Part shown: piece after piece, positions 8,046 through 18,303 of the stretch
How positions within the stretch are numbered: position 1 is the stretch's first letter
Layout of the letters: each line of letters opens with the position of its first letter
DNA from: Novosphingobium sp.
GTDB lineage: Bacteria > Pseudomonadota > Alphaproteobacteria > Sphingomonadales > Sphingomonadaceae
DNA: 54,047 nucleotides
NCBI GenBank assembly: GCA_046063325.1
Contig: JBJTMC010000094.1
Location: 1 to 54,047 of the forward strand
Direction: 5' to 3'
The notes under the pieces: generated by a model
Databases searched by the model: none
Told to the model about the DNA's origin: nothing
What the model saw: the letters and a program-made list of their open reading frames with translations, nothing else
Made by a program: the position numbers and the translations under genes

Positions 8046-9698
8046 ATGAATTTTCAAGTTTCGAGCCCTTCTGATTTGGAAGAAGCATTGATCAATTGCA
8101 CGGCCGCTCGAATACAGCGAACGCTCTCACATCTTGGTGCTGCCCGCGTGGTTTCCGCGACAGTTAACTCTTCGGGTGCCTATCAACTTGCCCCAACTCC
8201 AAGCGAATTGCCCCAGACCATTCCATCCCAACCTATCGAAGGGTTGCCCCCGTTTTGCGATGTGCGCATCGAATGGCGGGGCAACGGGAACCCGCCCGCG
8301 CATATAACCGTCTGGGTGCCCCTGGAATGGAACGGGCGTTTTATCGGAACCTTGGGCGCTGGCAACCGAACCCAGCTTCCCGCAGTTATGCCCCCAAATC
8401 TTAGGGTCACTACGCTTTCCAGCGCCCTGCGCGACCGGTTTGCCGCTGCGAGCACGGATGGGGGGAACCGTGACTCGCGCTTGGCCGACTGGGGTCTTCT
8501 CGAGGGGACACGTGAAATTGACTGGCAATTGACCGAAAACTGGGTGCACCGATCTACCCACGAAATGACGCTGGTTGCGAAAGCAGTGATCCGGGCGATC
8601 CACGGAAGCGAACCCAAATACAGCTATGCCATCGGCAGCTCGGGCGGTGGCCGCCAGGCGCTGGTTGCCGCGCAAAGATACCCATCCGACTATAATGGGG
8701 TCTGGACTTCCGATCCTGCTATCAATTGGACTCGGGCGATCCCTGCGATGCTTTGGCCGGCGCTGGTCATGAACGAGTTGGGCGCCCTAGGACCGGCAAA
8801 GCTCGAGGCGTTTCGGCAAGCGGCGGTTACGGCCTGCGCCGGGACGGGCGGTCTGCGAGACTCGGTGCTCGGGTCGTTCGATCCATGCGATTTCGATCCA
8901 CATCGTATGGTCGGTACGGATACCGCAGAGGGGCACATCACTGAGAGAGACGCGGAAGTGATGGCTAGAATCTGGCAAGGCCCGCGGAGTCCGGATGGGT
9001 CATTTTTATGGTTTGGGCTTCGCCCCGGGGCGGAAAGCTGGGGAAACAACGCGCTGGCTCGCGGCCTCTGCATGACCGAAATGGTGGGGGGCGTGCGTCG
9101 CCCAATCGCCTTTCCGCTCGCTGTCGATTATCTCAAGGCTTGGGTTTTGCGGGACCCAGACTGGGACTGGCGAACGCTCGAGCTCGCCGGATTCGCTGAT
9201 CTTTTCGAGCGCAGTGTTAGCGAACTGCCGTACCTCGCGGCCGATGATGCCGATCTCTCAGCATTTCGGACGTGTGGCGGAAGAATCATCATGTCGCATG
9301 GTGCGGACGACGAGGTGCTACCCGCCGCGGGGACTATTTCGTACTATCGCCAGGTCATTGAAGCGACCGGTTCGCTCGACGCAACCCGCGAGTTTGCCCG
9401 CCTTTTCGTTTCCGAGGGTGACGGGCATAGCGCGCCAACCGAACGTGGACCCGGCTTGCGCACCGCAGAGCCTCTGGCCGCGCTGATAGACTGGGTGGAA
9501 CACAATCGCGCACCCGACAGCCTCATAGCCCGCAAGCTTGACCCCGAGACCGGCAGGATTACAGCAAGCAAGCCCGTTTATGCCTATCCGTTTGCGGCGC
9601 GATATGCCGGCGGCCCACCTGACGAGGCGGAAAGTTATGAGCCCCATTTCGAGCAGGATTTGCGGTCAGACCAAGCGTTGGCAGATCGTCTGCCTTAG
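8046..9698 (+). CDS. Tannase/feruloyl esterase-family alpha/beta hydrolase
   Basis: PFCDV, WVPLEWNGRF, ASTDGG, GSSGGGRQ nucleophile, RYPSDYNG, HGADD acid residue, FARLF...GHS histidine. Confidence 0.9.
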   Translation: MNFQVSSPSDLEEALINCTAARIQRTLSHLGAARVVSATVNSSGAYQLAPTPSELPQTIPSQPIEGLPPFCDVRIEWRGNGNPPAHITVWVPLEWNGRFIGTLGAGNRTQLPAVMPPNLRVTTLSSALRDRFAAASTDGGNRDSRLADWGLLEGTREIDWQLTENWVHRSTHEMTLVAKAVIRAIHGSEPKYSYAIGSSGGGRQALVAAQRYPSDYNGVWTSDPAINWTRAIPAMLWPALVMNELGALGPAKLEAFRQAAVTACAGTGGLRDSVLGSFDPCDFDPHRMVGTDTAEGHITERDAEVMARIWQGPRSPDGSFLWFGLRPGAESWGNNALARGLCMTEMVGGVRRPIAFPLAVDYLKAWVLRDPDWDWRTLELAGFADLFERSVSELPYLAADDADLSAFRTCGGRIIMSHGADDEVLPAAGTISYYRQVIEATGSLDATREFARLFVSEGDGHSAPTERGPGLRTAEPLAALIDWVEHNRAPDSLIARKLDPETGRITASKPVYAYPFAARYAGGPPDEAESYEPHFEQDLRSDQALADRLP

Positions 9699-9839
9699 TC
9701 AGCAAGAAGGCCACCTATCTCGGATTTCTGGATCCATGTGATCAAACACCAATTTCTTCAACCCATGTCACTCGCGGCCCGGTTACGACTGCAATCTTTG
9801 CAGCGATGGGTAGCCTCTGACATTACATCTCCGTGCCCC

Positions 9840-11504
9840 CTATCCTGCCCCACTCGAATGGATCTCCGGCGCACCTGCCGCAGCGTTCCCGAGAAGAGCG
9901 ATCGCTTGATCGCGCAACAGGTGCTTCTGGACTTTGCCTGTGACCGTCATGGGAAACTCGTCCACGAACAGCACATAGCGCGGCACCTTGTAGTGCGCGA
10001 TCTGGCCGTGGCAGGCTTTGCGGACGGAATCTGCGCTCGCCTCATGCCCGGGGCGCAATCGGATGCAGGCGCAGACTTCCTCTCCGAAGCGTTCATCGGG
10101 TATACCGACAACCTGGACATCGGAGAGGAACGGCAACCGGGTCAGGAATTCTTCGATCTCGCGCGGATAGATGTTTTCCCCGCCGCGGATCAGCATGTCC
10201 TTGATTCGGCCGGTTATCCGGCAATAGGCCTGTTCGTCGATGGTGCCGAGATCGCCTGTGTGCATCCAGCCGTCGGCGTCGATGGCTTCGGCAGTGCGTT
10301 CGGCATCGTCCCAGTAGCCGGCCATAACCGAATAGCCCCGCGTGCAGATCTCGCCCGGAACGCCGTGCGGCGCGGTGGCACCATCGGCAGTGACGATTTT
10401 GACCTCGAGGTGCGGCTGCACCCGCCCGACCGTTGCCAGCCGCGCCCAGACTGGATCGGTCATGCCGGTCTGGAAGGAGACCGGGCTGGTCTCGGTCATG
10501 CCGTAAGCGATGGTCACCTCGGTCATGTTCATCCGCTCCATCACCTGCTGCATGACCACTTCGGGGCACGGCGCCCCGGCCATGATCCCGGTCCGCAGCG
10601 AGGTGAGGTCGAATTGGTCGAGCCCCGGATAATCGAGCGTGGCGACGAACATGGTCGGCACGCCATAGAGCGCAGTGCAACGATAGGCCTCGACGCTCTT
10701 CAGCACTAACTCCGGCTCGAAGGCCTCGCCCGGATAGACCATGGTCGCGCCATTGGTGAGGCACGCAAGATTGCCCATGGTCATGCCGAAGCAATGGTAG
10801 AGCGGAACCGGAATGCACACCCGGTCGACCGGTGTCAGCCTGATTGCCTGGCCGACGAAAAATCCGTTGTTGAGGATGTTGCGGTGCGTCAGGGTCGCGC
10901 CCTTGGGGGCGCCGGTGGTGCCGCTGGTGAACTGGACGTTGATCGGGTCGGTCGGTTGCAAGCCCTCCGCCGCTGCGTCGATCCGGGCTGCATCGGGCTC
11001 CTTCAGAACGTCCGCGAAGCGGAGATAGCCCGGCCAGTGATCGTCGCCCAGACTGATGCGGAACTCGAGATGCGGCAGGCGCGCTGGGCCGATTTGCTCT
11101 AGCATCTCGATGTAGTGGCTGGTCTTGAAGGCAGGCGCGACGATGATCGCCCGGCAGCCCACCTTGTTGAGCGCATATTCGACTTCGGCAAGGCGGTAGG
11201 CCGGGTTGATATTGACCAGAATGACCCCGATCCGGGCCGTGGCCATCTGCGCCAGAACCCACTCGCTGCGGTTGGGCGACCAGACGCCGAGCCGGTCGCC
11301 CTTGGTCAGCCCGAGGCCGAGCAGGCCGGTGGCCAGCGCATCGACCCGGTGTGCAAATTCGGCCCAGGTCCATTCGATGCCTTGGTCGTGAACGATGAGG
11401 GCAATGCCATCCGCGAAGCGGTGCGCGGCCTTGACCAGTGCCTGGCCTACGGTCTCATCGATGAGCGGCGGATGGTCCGCGCCCTTCACATAGCTCTGGT
11501 TCAT
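9840..11504 (-). CDS. AMP-forming acyl-CoA synthetase (ACSF2/FadD-like)
   Basis: [40 protein letters not shown]. Confidence 0.93.
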   Translation of the reverse strand: MNQSYVKGADHPPLIDETVGQALVKAAHRFADGIALIVHDQGIEWTWAEFAHRVDALATGLLGLGLTKGDRLGVWSPNRSEWVLAQMATARIGVILVNINPAYRLAEVEYALNKVGCRAIIVAPAFKTSHYIEMLEQIGPARLPHLEFRISLGDDHWPGYLRFADVLKEPDAARIDAAAEGLQPTDPINVQFTSGTTGAPKGATLTHRNILNNGFFVGQAIRLTPVDRVCIPVPLYHCFGMTMGNLACLTNGATMVYPGEAFEPELVLKSVEAYRCTALYGVPTMFVATLDYPGLDQFDLTSLRTGIMAGAPCPEVVMQQVMERMNMTEVTIAYGMTETSPVSFQTGMTDPVWARLATVGRVQPHLEVKIVTADGATAPHGVPGEICTRGYSVMAGYWDDAERTAEAIDADGWMHTGDLGTIDEQAYCRITGRIKDMLIRGGENIYPREIEEFLTRLPFLSDVQVVGIPDERFGEEVCACIRLRPGHEASADSVRKACHGQIAHYKVPRYVLFVDEFPMTVTGKVQKHLLRDQAIALLGNAAAGAPEIHSSGAG

Positions 11505-11566
11505 CGCTGCTTGCCCTTAACTCGTTCCGGCTCCCTGTCACGGGCGTCCAGCACAATCAGCGCGCT

Positions 11567-13816
11567 TCACGCGGGCGGAACCAGCGGAAGCTGGATGTAG
11601 CTCGGCATGTCGGGGCCAGTGTGGATCCGGTTCGTGACGCCGTCGTGGTAGGCAGCGTCATAGGCGTGGGAAATGCCATGTCCCGGACCCTGATAGGGCT
11701 GGATATCGACCTTGATCCGCTGTCCCTTCCTGACGAGTGCAGTATTGGGCGTGATCTCGATTTCGACCGGAACGATTTCGTCGCGGATCAGTGGCGCGTG
11801 GTCCGCCTCGAGATGGGTGTGCTTGGGCCGGAAGTGGGTCGACCGTTTTTCGTCCAGCTTGCGGTGCGAAACCTTCAACCATCCCTTGCCGATGGGGCTG
11901 ACGCCATTCGTGGCCTTGGCGATGAACATCGGGCCGACGAAATCGACTTCCTTGCCGTCTTCGTCGAGCACGCGGACGGAGACATATATATCCATTTCAT
12001 GGCTGTCTGCCGACACCCACAGCACCGCCTTCATGTAGCCCGCCAGAACCATGTCGCTTTCGGCAGCGGGCGATACGAACGACACGCCGGTCGCTGCAAG
12101 GTCGCGCGGGAAGAGCGAGGCGAAACCCACCTGCGCAGAGTAAGCGACTTTGCCTTCAGCGGCGGGAGGGGCCGAGGCAAGGCTGAAACACTCAGCCCGG
12201 CCGCCCTCAACCTTTGCGTCGGTTTGCGCAGGGTCGAGATACCATTTAACATATTGGGTGCGCGCAATCGGCCATTCGTTCTCTTCCTGCACATAGAGAC
12301 TGCCGTTGCCGGTGCGGATGTCGAGCCGAATCCGGGGCTTGTCCATGATGCCGTTGTCGATGTCCTTCAGCCAGTAGTCGAAGAATGCCATGTGGTCCGC
12401 AACGCTGTCAGATGCGTAGGAGCGCAGGAACCAATCTTCGATGAAATCGAGCTTCTTGTGCGGAGTTGGTGCCTCCAGATAGGCTTCGCTGCTGCCAATC
12501 TGGTGAATATCGCCGCCATGCGTGGTTGCCGCCACGATCCATTGCGGCACATCGGTCTTGCTCATGTCGGGGCTCATGAACAGCTTGGCGCGCGGTCCAT
12601 AAACCTCTGTGCTATCCGGCTCGTTGAAAGGGTGTGCCTTTACAATGGCAGTGAAATCTTCCGCCCGCACTTTGCCGCAGACTGCCGGTACGACCTGATT
12701 GTTGAACCAGGTCTTGAAAAAATCGATGTTCGCCAATCCGCCATGGTAGAACATCTCTTCGTACATGTTGATGTCAGTGCCAATCGCGACCATCGCCTTC
12801 AGATGCGGCGGTTGCAGGCTGGCCACGGCATGCTGGTTGATTGCGTAATAGGACATTCCGAACAGCCCGACACGGCCGTTGCACCACGGCTGAACACCCG
12901 CCCATTCGATGGCGTCGTAATAGGCTTCGGCTTCTTCGATGCCCCATACGCCAATTGTTCCGGGATTGATGCCGGTGCCCGGACCATCGACGCGGACAAC
13001 TGCATAATCGTTGGGAACCCAGACGACCGTGTTTACACTTTCGTGATTTTCATACATGAAGCCGTCGGAATTGCCGAAGAAATACCGGTCTTCCATCTGC
13101 TCATGCATCTCTTCTTCGGTTTCATTCCCGATGGAATGGTGCACGAAGGCGCGGCCATAGACGCCAAAATTCATGATCACCGGGAATTTTCCCGGCCTGT
13201 CGGGGCGGAAAACATCCGCATAGACGAATGACCCACTGCGCAGGTCGATCTTCACATCGCGGAACCGCAGGATGCCCAGCATGTTGCGGCGAACCTCGTT
13301 CCGCGCGGCGGCGGGTGAGCGCAGGCGGCGAGGGACGTTGCCGGTAAAGGCACCGCCGCTGTTCAAGTCCTCCAGCAGCTTCTTGATGACAGGATCTTCG
13401 CCAAAGCCGCTGACGGGATCGTCCATATGGACAATCACCGGGCCCATATCGGGCGAAAACTTGATCGGCCGGCTGCCGACGATCTCGTGAACCACCGGCA
13501 GAATCGTGATCCCGGTGCTCATATCGCCTTCGACATCGAGGGTTTGCACCAGCCGGGCAACATTGGTCAGGATCGGGTCTTGCAGCCTGTGCATTTCCCC
13601 ATCCACACGGCTGACCAGATCGGCCAGATTTACCCGAGCTTTGCCGAAGACGGCCCCCAGCACCAGATCGCCGACAAGGAATGCGACGCGTTCGCCTTCT
13701 CGATAGCTAAATTCACCGAATTCCGATGTCATGCCCGAGCAAGTCGGCGTTTGATATTTCAGGCCTGCAATCGGCCCGCTGAATATCCCGGTCAGCACGT
13801 CCTGATTCGATTTCAT
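11567..13816 (-). CDS. CocE/NonD-family serine hydrolase with an extra ~180-aa N-terminal domain
   Basis: ADVFRP, WAGVQPWCNGRVGLFGMSYYA nucleophile motif, C-terminal GWLKVSHR jelly-roll domain; start ATG 13816 after a GGAGAG RBS. Confidence 0.88.
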   Translation of the reverse strand: MKSNQDVLTGIFSGPIAGLKYQTPTCSGMTSEFGEFSYREGERVAFLVGDLVLGAVFGKARVNLADLVSRVDGEMHRLQDPILTNVARLVQTLDVEGDMSTGITILPVVHEIVGSRPIKFSPDMGPVIVHMDDPVSGFGEDPVIKKLLEDLNSGGAFTGNVPRRLRSPAAARNEVRRNMLGILRFRDVKIDLRSGSFVYADVFRPDRPGKFPVIMNFGVYGRAFVHHSIGNETEEEMHEQMEDRYFFGNSDGFMYENHESVNTVVWVPNDYAVVRVDGPGTGINPGTIGVWGIEEAEAYYDAIEWAGVQPWCNGRVGLFGMSYYAINQHAVASLQPPHLKAMVAIGTDINMYEEMFYHGGLANIDFFKTWFNNQVVPAVCGKVRAEDFTAIVKAHPFNEPDSTEVYGPRAKLFMSPDMSKTDVPQWIVAATTHGGDIHQIGSSEAYLEAPTPHKKLDFIEDWFLRSYASDSVADHMAFFDYWLKDIDNGIMDKPRIRLDIRTGNGSLYVQEENEWPIARTQYVKWYLDPAQTDAKVEGGRAECFSLASAPPAAEGKVAYSAQVGFASLFPRDLAATGVSFVSPAAESDMVLAGYMKAVLWVSADSHEMDIYVSVRVLDEDGKEVDFVGPMFIAKATNGVSPIGKGWLKVSHRKLDEKRSTHFRPKHTHLEADHAPLIRDEIVPVEIEITPNTALVRKGQRIKVDIQPYQGPGHGISHAYDAAYHDGVTNRIHTGPDMPSYIQLPLVPPA

Positions 13817-13842
13817 TGCCTTACTCTCCAAACTCAAATTCA

Positions 13843-15555
13843 TTATCGGGTCGCGCCTGACGTCAGCTCGTCAAACATTTCCCAGCGATATTCACCTACG
13901 ACCGGGTCCGACGATTTCGAACGCTCGACCTCAAGCTGCCGCAATTCAACTCTCCGAATTTTTCCTGAAATAGTCTTGGGCAAGGTCCCGAATTCGATCC
14001 GGCGGATGCGCTTGTATGGGGCAACGGCAATCGCGATATGGCTGAAGATGTTAAGTGCAACCTCTGGAGAGGCCTCGATCCCGTCAACGAGTGTGATGAA
14101 AGCTTTCGGGATATTCAACTTCGCCGCGTCTGGTGCCGGAACTACTGCGGCCTCGACGATCCATTCATGCTCGATTAGAGCGCTTTCCAGTTCAAATGGG
14201 CTGATGCGGTAGTCAGACGATTTGAATACGTCATCGGCGCGGCCAACATAGGTGTAATATCCATCCGCATCGCGGGAGGCGACGTCTCCAGTTCGGTAAT
14301 AATCTCCTGCAACGGGCTGAAGAGTTCCATCCTGACCAAAATAACCTGCCATCAGGCCTGCCGGCCGAGGATTGAGCCGCAACGCAATCTCGCCTTCGCC
14401 AGCTTCGTTGCCATCGCCGTCAAGCAGGACGACGTCATAGCCCGGTAGTGCGCGGCCGACGGACCCGATACGCACCTCTTGCCCGGGCGAATTGGCGATT
14501 TGCCCGGTCGTCTCTGTTTGGCCGAAGCCGTCTCTGATGGTCAGGCCCCAAGCCCGCTGCACAACTTCGATCACCTCTGGATTGAGCGGCTCCCCAGCGC
14601 CGCAGACATTGGTCAGCGAGACTGCAAAAGTCGCGAGGTCTTCCTGAACCAGCGATCGCCAAACCGTTGGCGGGGCACAGATCGAAGTTACTTTTTCTGC
14701 CACCAGCGTATCGAGCAGCTGACGGGCGTTGAAACGCGGTTGATTGGCAATGCACACCGCCGCGCCCGCATTCCACGGGGCGAAGAAGCAGCTCCAGGCA
14801 TGCTTTGCCCAGCCTGGCGATGAGACGTTGAGGTGCAAATCACCCGTCTGCAAGCCGAGCCAGTACATAGTCGACAGTGCGCCAATGCCATAGCTGCGGT
14901 GCGTGTGCAGCACGAGTTTCGGGTCAGCGGTCGTGCCAGACGTAAAATAAAGCAGAATCGGCTCGTCTGGATTAGTGGGCTCGGCGGGCATGAATGTGGC
15001 GGGTCCGTCCAGGTCATCGTATGGCTCCCACCCGGCGGGCGCCGCACCGGTGGCGATGCGAACGACATTCTCGGGAAGGTCGGTCAGCTTCGCGGCATTT
15101 TCCTCGCTGGTCAGAATGAAGGTCGCTCCGGCCCGGACGATCCGGTTGCGCACATCGTCCGCGGTTGCCAGCATCGTGGTTGGCACGGTAATCGCGCCCA
15201 TTTTCATCGCTGCGAGCATCGTTTCCCAAAGCGGAACGCAATTGCCGAGCATCAAAAGGATTCGATCCCCGCGCTTCAAGCCGCGCTCTCGCAGCGCATT
15301 CGCAATGCGGTTGGAACTAAGCGAAAGCTCCGCAAAGCTGCGCACTGCGGCATTTTCGCCCACGATCTTCAACGCGGGCTGGCTTGCGTGTTCACCTGCA
15401 GCGAGCTCTGCATCGAACCAGTCAAGCGCCCAATTGAAATGAGGCATGTCCGGCCATTGGAACCGTCTTATGGCGGCGTCATAATTCTCCCGCTCGTAGA
15501 GAAGCAGATCTCGTGCCCGGCGGAACGCATCGGTAGAGTCCACCATTCCGGCCAT
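13843..15555 (-). CDS. Short/medium-chain acyl-CoA synthetase (ACSM-like)
   Basis: YFTSGTTADPK, SSPGWAKHAW, GFGQTE, YRTGD, GRADDVFKSSDYRISPFELES, KTISGKIRR; start ATG 15555 after GGAG. Confidence 0.92.
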   Translation of the reverse strand: MAGMVDSTDAFRRARDLLLYERENYDAAIRRFQWPDMPHFNWALDWFDAELAAGEHASQPALKIVGENAAVRSFAELSLSSNRIANALRERGLKRGDRILLMLGNCVPLWETMLAAMKMGAITVPTTMLATADDVRNRIVRAGATFILTSEENAAKLTDLPENVVRIATGAAPAGWEPYDDLDGPATFMPAEPTNPDEPILLYFTSGTTADPKLVLHTHRSYGIGALSTMYWLGLQTGDLHLNVSSPGWAKHAWSCFFAPWNAGAAVCIANQPRFNARQLLDTLVAEKVTSICAPPTVWRSLVQEDLATFAVSLTNVCGAGEPLNPEVIEVVQRAWGLTIRDGFGQTETTGQIANSPGQEVRIGSVGRALPGYDVVLLDGDGNEAGEGEIALRLNPRPAGLMAGYFGQDGTLQPVAGDYYRTGDVASRDADGYYTYVGRADDVFKSSDYRISPFELESALIEHEWIVEAAVVPAPDAAKLNIPKAFITLVDGIEASPEVALNIFSHIAIAVAPYKRIRRIEFGTLPKTISGKIRRVELRQLEVERSKSSDPVVGEYRWEMFDELTSGATR

Positions 15556-15767
15556 TCCGCAGCTCCCGTGTTGTTCAAGTCGCGCTAGCCCGCAGCGCGA
15601 GCAGCCGATGTTTTTCAATGCTTGCAAGAAAATCCGGCTGGAAGCGCTGGTTTTGATGCAAGAAGCGGTTAGCCGACTGGCACCACCAACGGAAAGCGCG
15701 AATCTTCGGCATTTTCCATCAACATTATTGATATCATGCCCCAGCATCATTGCGTTAGCGCACCCGT

Positions 15768-16300
15768 TCTGGCGCTGAACGCGGTCCAAAGCAGATGCAG
15801 GCCGAGAAGGATCATCAGAAATGGCATCGACGTCGACCTAGCTGGCGAGGTTCTGCCGAACCTGAGAGCCAACGTCGCCTACTCCTATGTCGACGCCAAG
15901 ATAGAGAACTATGCCTTCAGCGACACGATCACCTCGAACGACGTGTAGATCCCGCGTTCTCCGAAAAATTTCTGCACGATAGGCGCGAATTATACGGCCG
16001 ACCTTGGTAGCAGCAAACTCAACTTCGGCGGTGATGTCGAGTTGAGGAGTGGTTTCACCAACGACATCAACTTTGTCGCGGCGACTTCGGACGTACTGAC
16101 CGCGCCGCTGCCCGGATGCATACTGGTGAATTTGAACAGCTCCTACACCTGGGATAATTTCCAGATCCGCACCTAATGTCAGTAACCTTTTGAACAAGAA
16201 ATATGCGGCAGCAGCCATGATCGTAGCTCCCACCGTCAATTTCCTGCTGACACCGGGGGCGCCGCGGACATTCGAAGTGTCGTGCTGGGTGTTGTTCTAG
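15768..16300 (+). pseudogene. 3' remnant of a TonB-dependent receptor
   Basis: GIDVDLAGEVLPNLRANVAYSYVDAK..*IPRSPK..GANYT..LVNLNSSYTW..*..NLLNKKY..PGAPRTFEVSCWVLF*. Internal stops and a frameshift; terminal Phe. Confidence 0.82.
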
Positions 16301-16302
16301 GA

Positions 16303-16333
16303 TCAGGTGAGGAAGGGACCGTTCCTCACCTGA
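16303..16333. terminator. Hairpin between convergent genes (probable terminator)
   Basis: TCAGGTGAGGAA-N7-TTCCTCACCTGA, perfect 12-bp stem. Confidence 0.6.
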
Positions 16334-16375
16334 CCGGGGCGAAGCTGGCGTTCGTTCTTGCAGCGCGTCCGTCGT

Positions 16376-17254
16376 TCAGTCGGCCTCGCCGCGCTGTTTC
16401 TGCTGCACAAAATCATAAAGTGAACTGATGTCACGGCGGCCCCAACCGGCTTCTTCGGCCGCCCGGTAGGTTGCTGTCGCTGCGTGCAGCAATGGCGTTT
16501 GCACCGCCTTGTCGGCGCAGAATGTCTCTATCAGCGCCAGATCCTTGATCAGCGTATCGATATGCGCGGTGGGCGGGTCGAACGCGCGCTCGGCCATCAC
16601 CGGGCCTCTCACCGCCAGCATGCGCGATGCACCGGCCCCATCGCCCAGCACGGCGACCGCCAGCGAGGGGGCGATTCCGGCTTGCGAACTGAGCGAAAGA
16701 ACTTCTGCTGCGACCAGGCTGTGCACCGCGACGAGGTGATTGGCGAGGAGCTTCATCGCCATGCCTGCGCCGAACTCGCCGAGGTAATGAATGGATCGCG
16801 CGAAAACCTCCATCACCGGCAAGGCGCGATCGAAGGCTTCGCGATCCCCGCTGGCCAGCACTGACAGATCGCCAAGCGCCGCTTGTGCGCCCGTCCCGCT
16901 GACCGGCGCATCGAGCATCGTGATGCCAGCCTGGTCCAGGCGCTGCTTCGCCGCCTGCTTCGCCTCTATCGGAAGAGTGCTGGTATCCACCAGGATCGCT
17001 GCGGATGGCCCGGCCTCGACCAATGCATCGACCGTGGCTTCGAGTGCTTTCACCCCGGGCAGGCTGCTGAATATCACGCCGCATGCCGCTGCCATCTCGG
17101 CAACCGTGGCCGCCCCGGCACCGGCTGAGACCATCGCGGCAACCGCTGGATGATCGGGATCATAGGCAACAAGACGGCGACCGCTGCCGATTATGCGCCT
17201 GGACATTGCCGAGCCCATGATGCCTACCCCGATGAAACCGACTGTATCGCTCAT
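16376..17254 (-). CDS. NAD(P)-dependent beta-hydroxyacid dehydrogenase (3-hydroxyisobutyrate dehydrogenase family)
   Basis: GFIGVGIMG, LDAPVSG, MKLLAN, KDL; start ATG 17254. Confidence 0.9.
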   Translation of the reverse strand: MSDTVGFIGVGIMGSAMSRRIIGSGRRLVAYDPDHPAVAAMVSAGAGAATVAEMAAACGVIFSSLPGVKALEATVDALVEAGPSAAILVDTSTLPIEAKQAAKQRLDQAGITMLDAPVSGTGAQAALGDLSVLASGDREAFDRALPVMEVFARSIHYLGEFGAGMAMKLLANHLVAVHSLVAAEVLSLSSQAGIAPSLAVAVLGDGAGASRMLAVRGPVMAERAFDPPTAHIDTLIKDLALIETFCADKAVQTPLLHAATATYRAAEEAGWGRRDISSLYDFVQQKQRGEAD

Positions 17255-17416
17255 TTCCTGCTCTCCACTGCGCGGTTTGCCTCTCCAGACTGCTGGACGC
17301 AGCTTTAGTAGTCGCAGGAAAGAGTGCGGCCATATGATTATTTGCAGGTTCGGTCCCCGGCGGCGCTGATGGATGGCGGCAAGGGTCTGCCGGTAAAGTC
17401 CGAACCAGCGATCAAA

Positions 17417-17437
17417 TTGCTGATGGATAATCAGCAA
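17417..17437. promoter_or_regulatory. Palindrome TTGCTGAT-N5-ATCAGCAA in a divergent promoter region (candidate operator)
   Basis: Perfect 8-bp arms between the divergent genes starting at 17254 and 17528. Confidence 0.45.
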
Positions 17438-17527
17438 ACCTATTCGTTCCGATGCGCGAAGATTGAGGATAGACTGCGGAGCTGAGCAGGTTCGTCATGC
17501 GTGGATGGAACGACAGAATAGGGAGCG

Positions 17528-18217
17528 GTGTACTTGAAGGTTGCGATAACCGGGGCAAATCGCGGCATCGGCCTAGCACTTGCGCAACGCTATCTCGAAG
17601 CGGGGGCGCAGGTTTTCGCGCTTTGCCGCTCGCCCGACGATTCCGCCCGCCTGCGCGAGCTGGGACAGGAGCACGAGGGACGCCTGGTCATCGGGGGCAT
17701 TGACCTTGGCGATGCCGCTTCGATGGAGCGGGCAGCCGCGCTGGTCGGCGACGATCTCGACATCCTGATCAACAATGCCGGGATTCTCGGCGGCGCGGAT
17801 CAGTCGCTGGCAGGTGTTGATCCCGACGAATGGCTCGAAGCCCTGAATATCATCGCCATCGGGCCATTCCGTGTTTCCCGGGCCTTTCTGCCCGCCTTGC
17901 GGCGCAGCAAGGGCAAGATCGTGTTCATATCGTCACATATCGCCAGCTCGGCCTGGCCGACCGGCGCTTTCTATACCTATGCTAGCGGCAAGGCGGCGCT
18001 GAACCGGATCATGCGAGGCCTTGCCAGAGACGTTGAGCAGGACGGGATCAAGGTGGTAAGCCTGCATCCCGGCCACGTTCAGACCGACCTGGCCGCGCCC
18101 GGGGCAAAAATGACTCCGGCCGAGAGCGCGGAAGGGATGTTTCAGGTCGTCGATCGTCTCGATGCAAAGATGAACGGCGGCTTCTACAAGTGGAATGGCG
18201 AGCCGCATCCGTTCTGA
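17528..18217 (+). CDS. Short-chain dehydrogenase, CsgA/C-factor-like
   Basis: TGANRGIG, NNAG, YASGK, LHPGHVQTD. Confidence 0.9.
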   Translation: MYLKVAITGANRGIGLALAQRYLEAGAQVFALCRSPDDSARLRELGQEHEGRLVIGGIDLGDAASMERAAALVGDDLDILINNAGILGGADQSLAGVDPDEWLEALNIIAIGPFRVSRAFLPALRRSKGKIVFISSHIASSAWPTGAFYTYASGKAALNRIMRGLARDVEQDGIKVVSLHPGHVQTDLAAPGAKMTPAESAEGMFQVVDRLDAKMNGGFYKWNGEPHPF

Positions 18218-18303
18218 TCTGCGCAAAAAAGCGGAAGCCTTGAGGTTTTATCGCAAGCAGGCGTAACGAGTGCCATGAAAATGCCGGGGGAGGTGCCAAG
18301 CTC

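Noticed and set aside
11621-13231. Long 536-aa plus-strand ORF, and similar antisense ORFs at 9738-10709, 24925-25842, 25936-26775, 44576-45433 and 47461-48297
   Set aside because: They are antisense shadows of well-supported genes in GC-rich DNA and carry no recognisable motifs.
15556-15789. N-terminal extensions in the ORF track (also to 17437, 22508, 24776 and 38045, and from 27576, 33684, 48364 and 52701)
   Set aside because: The extensions lack family similarity, overlap other features, and better RBS-linked starts lie downstream.
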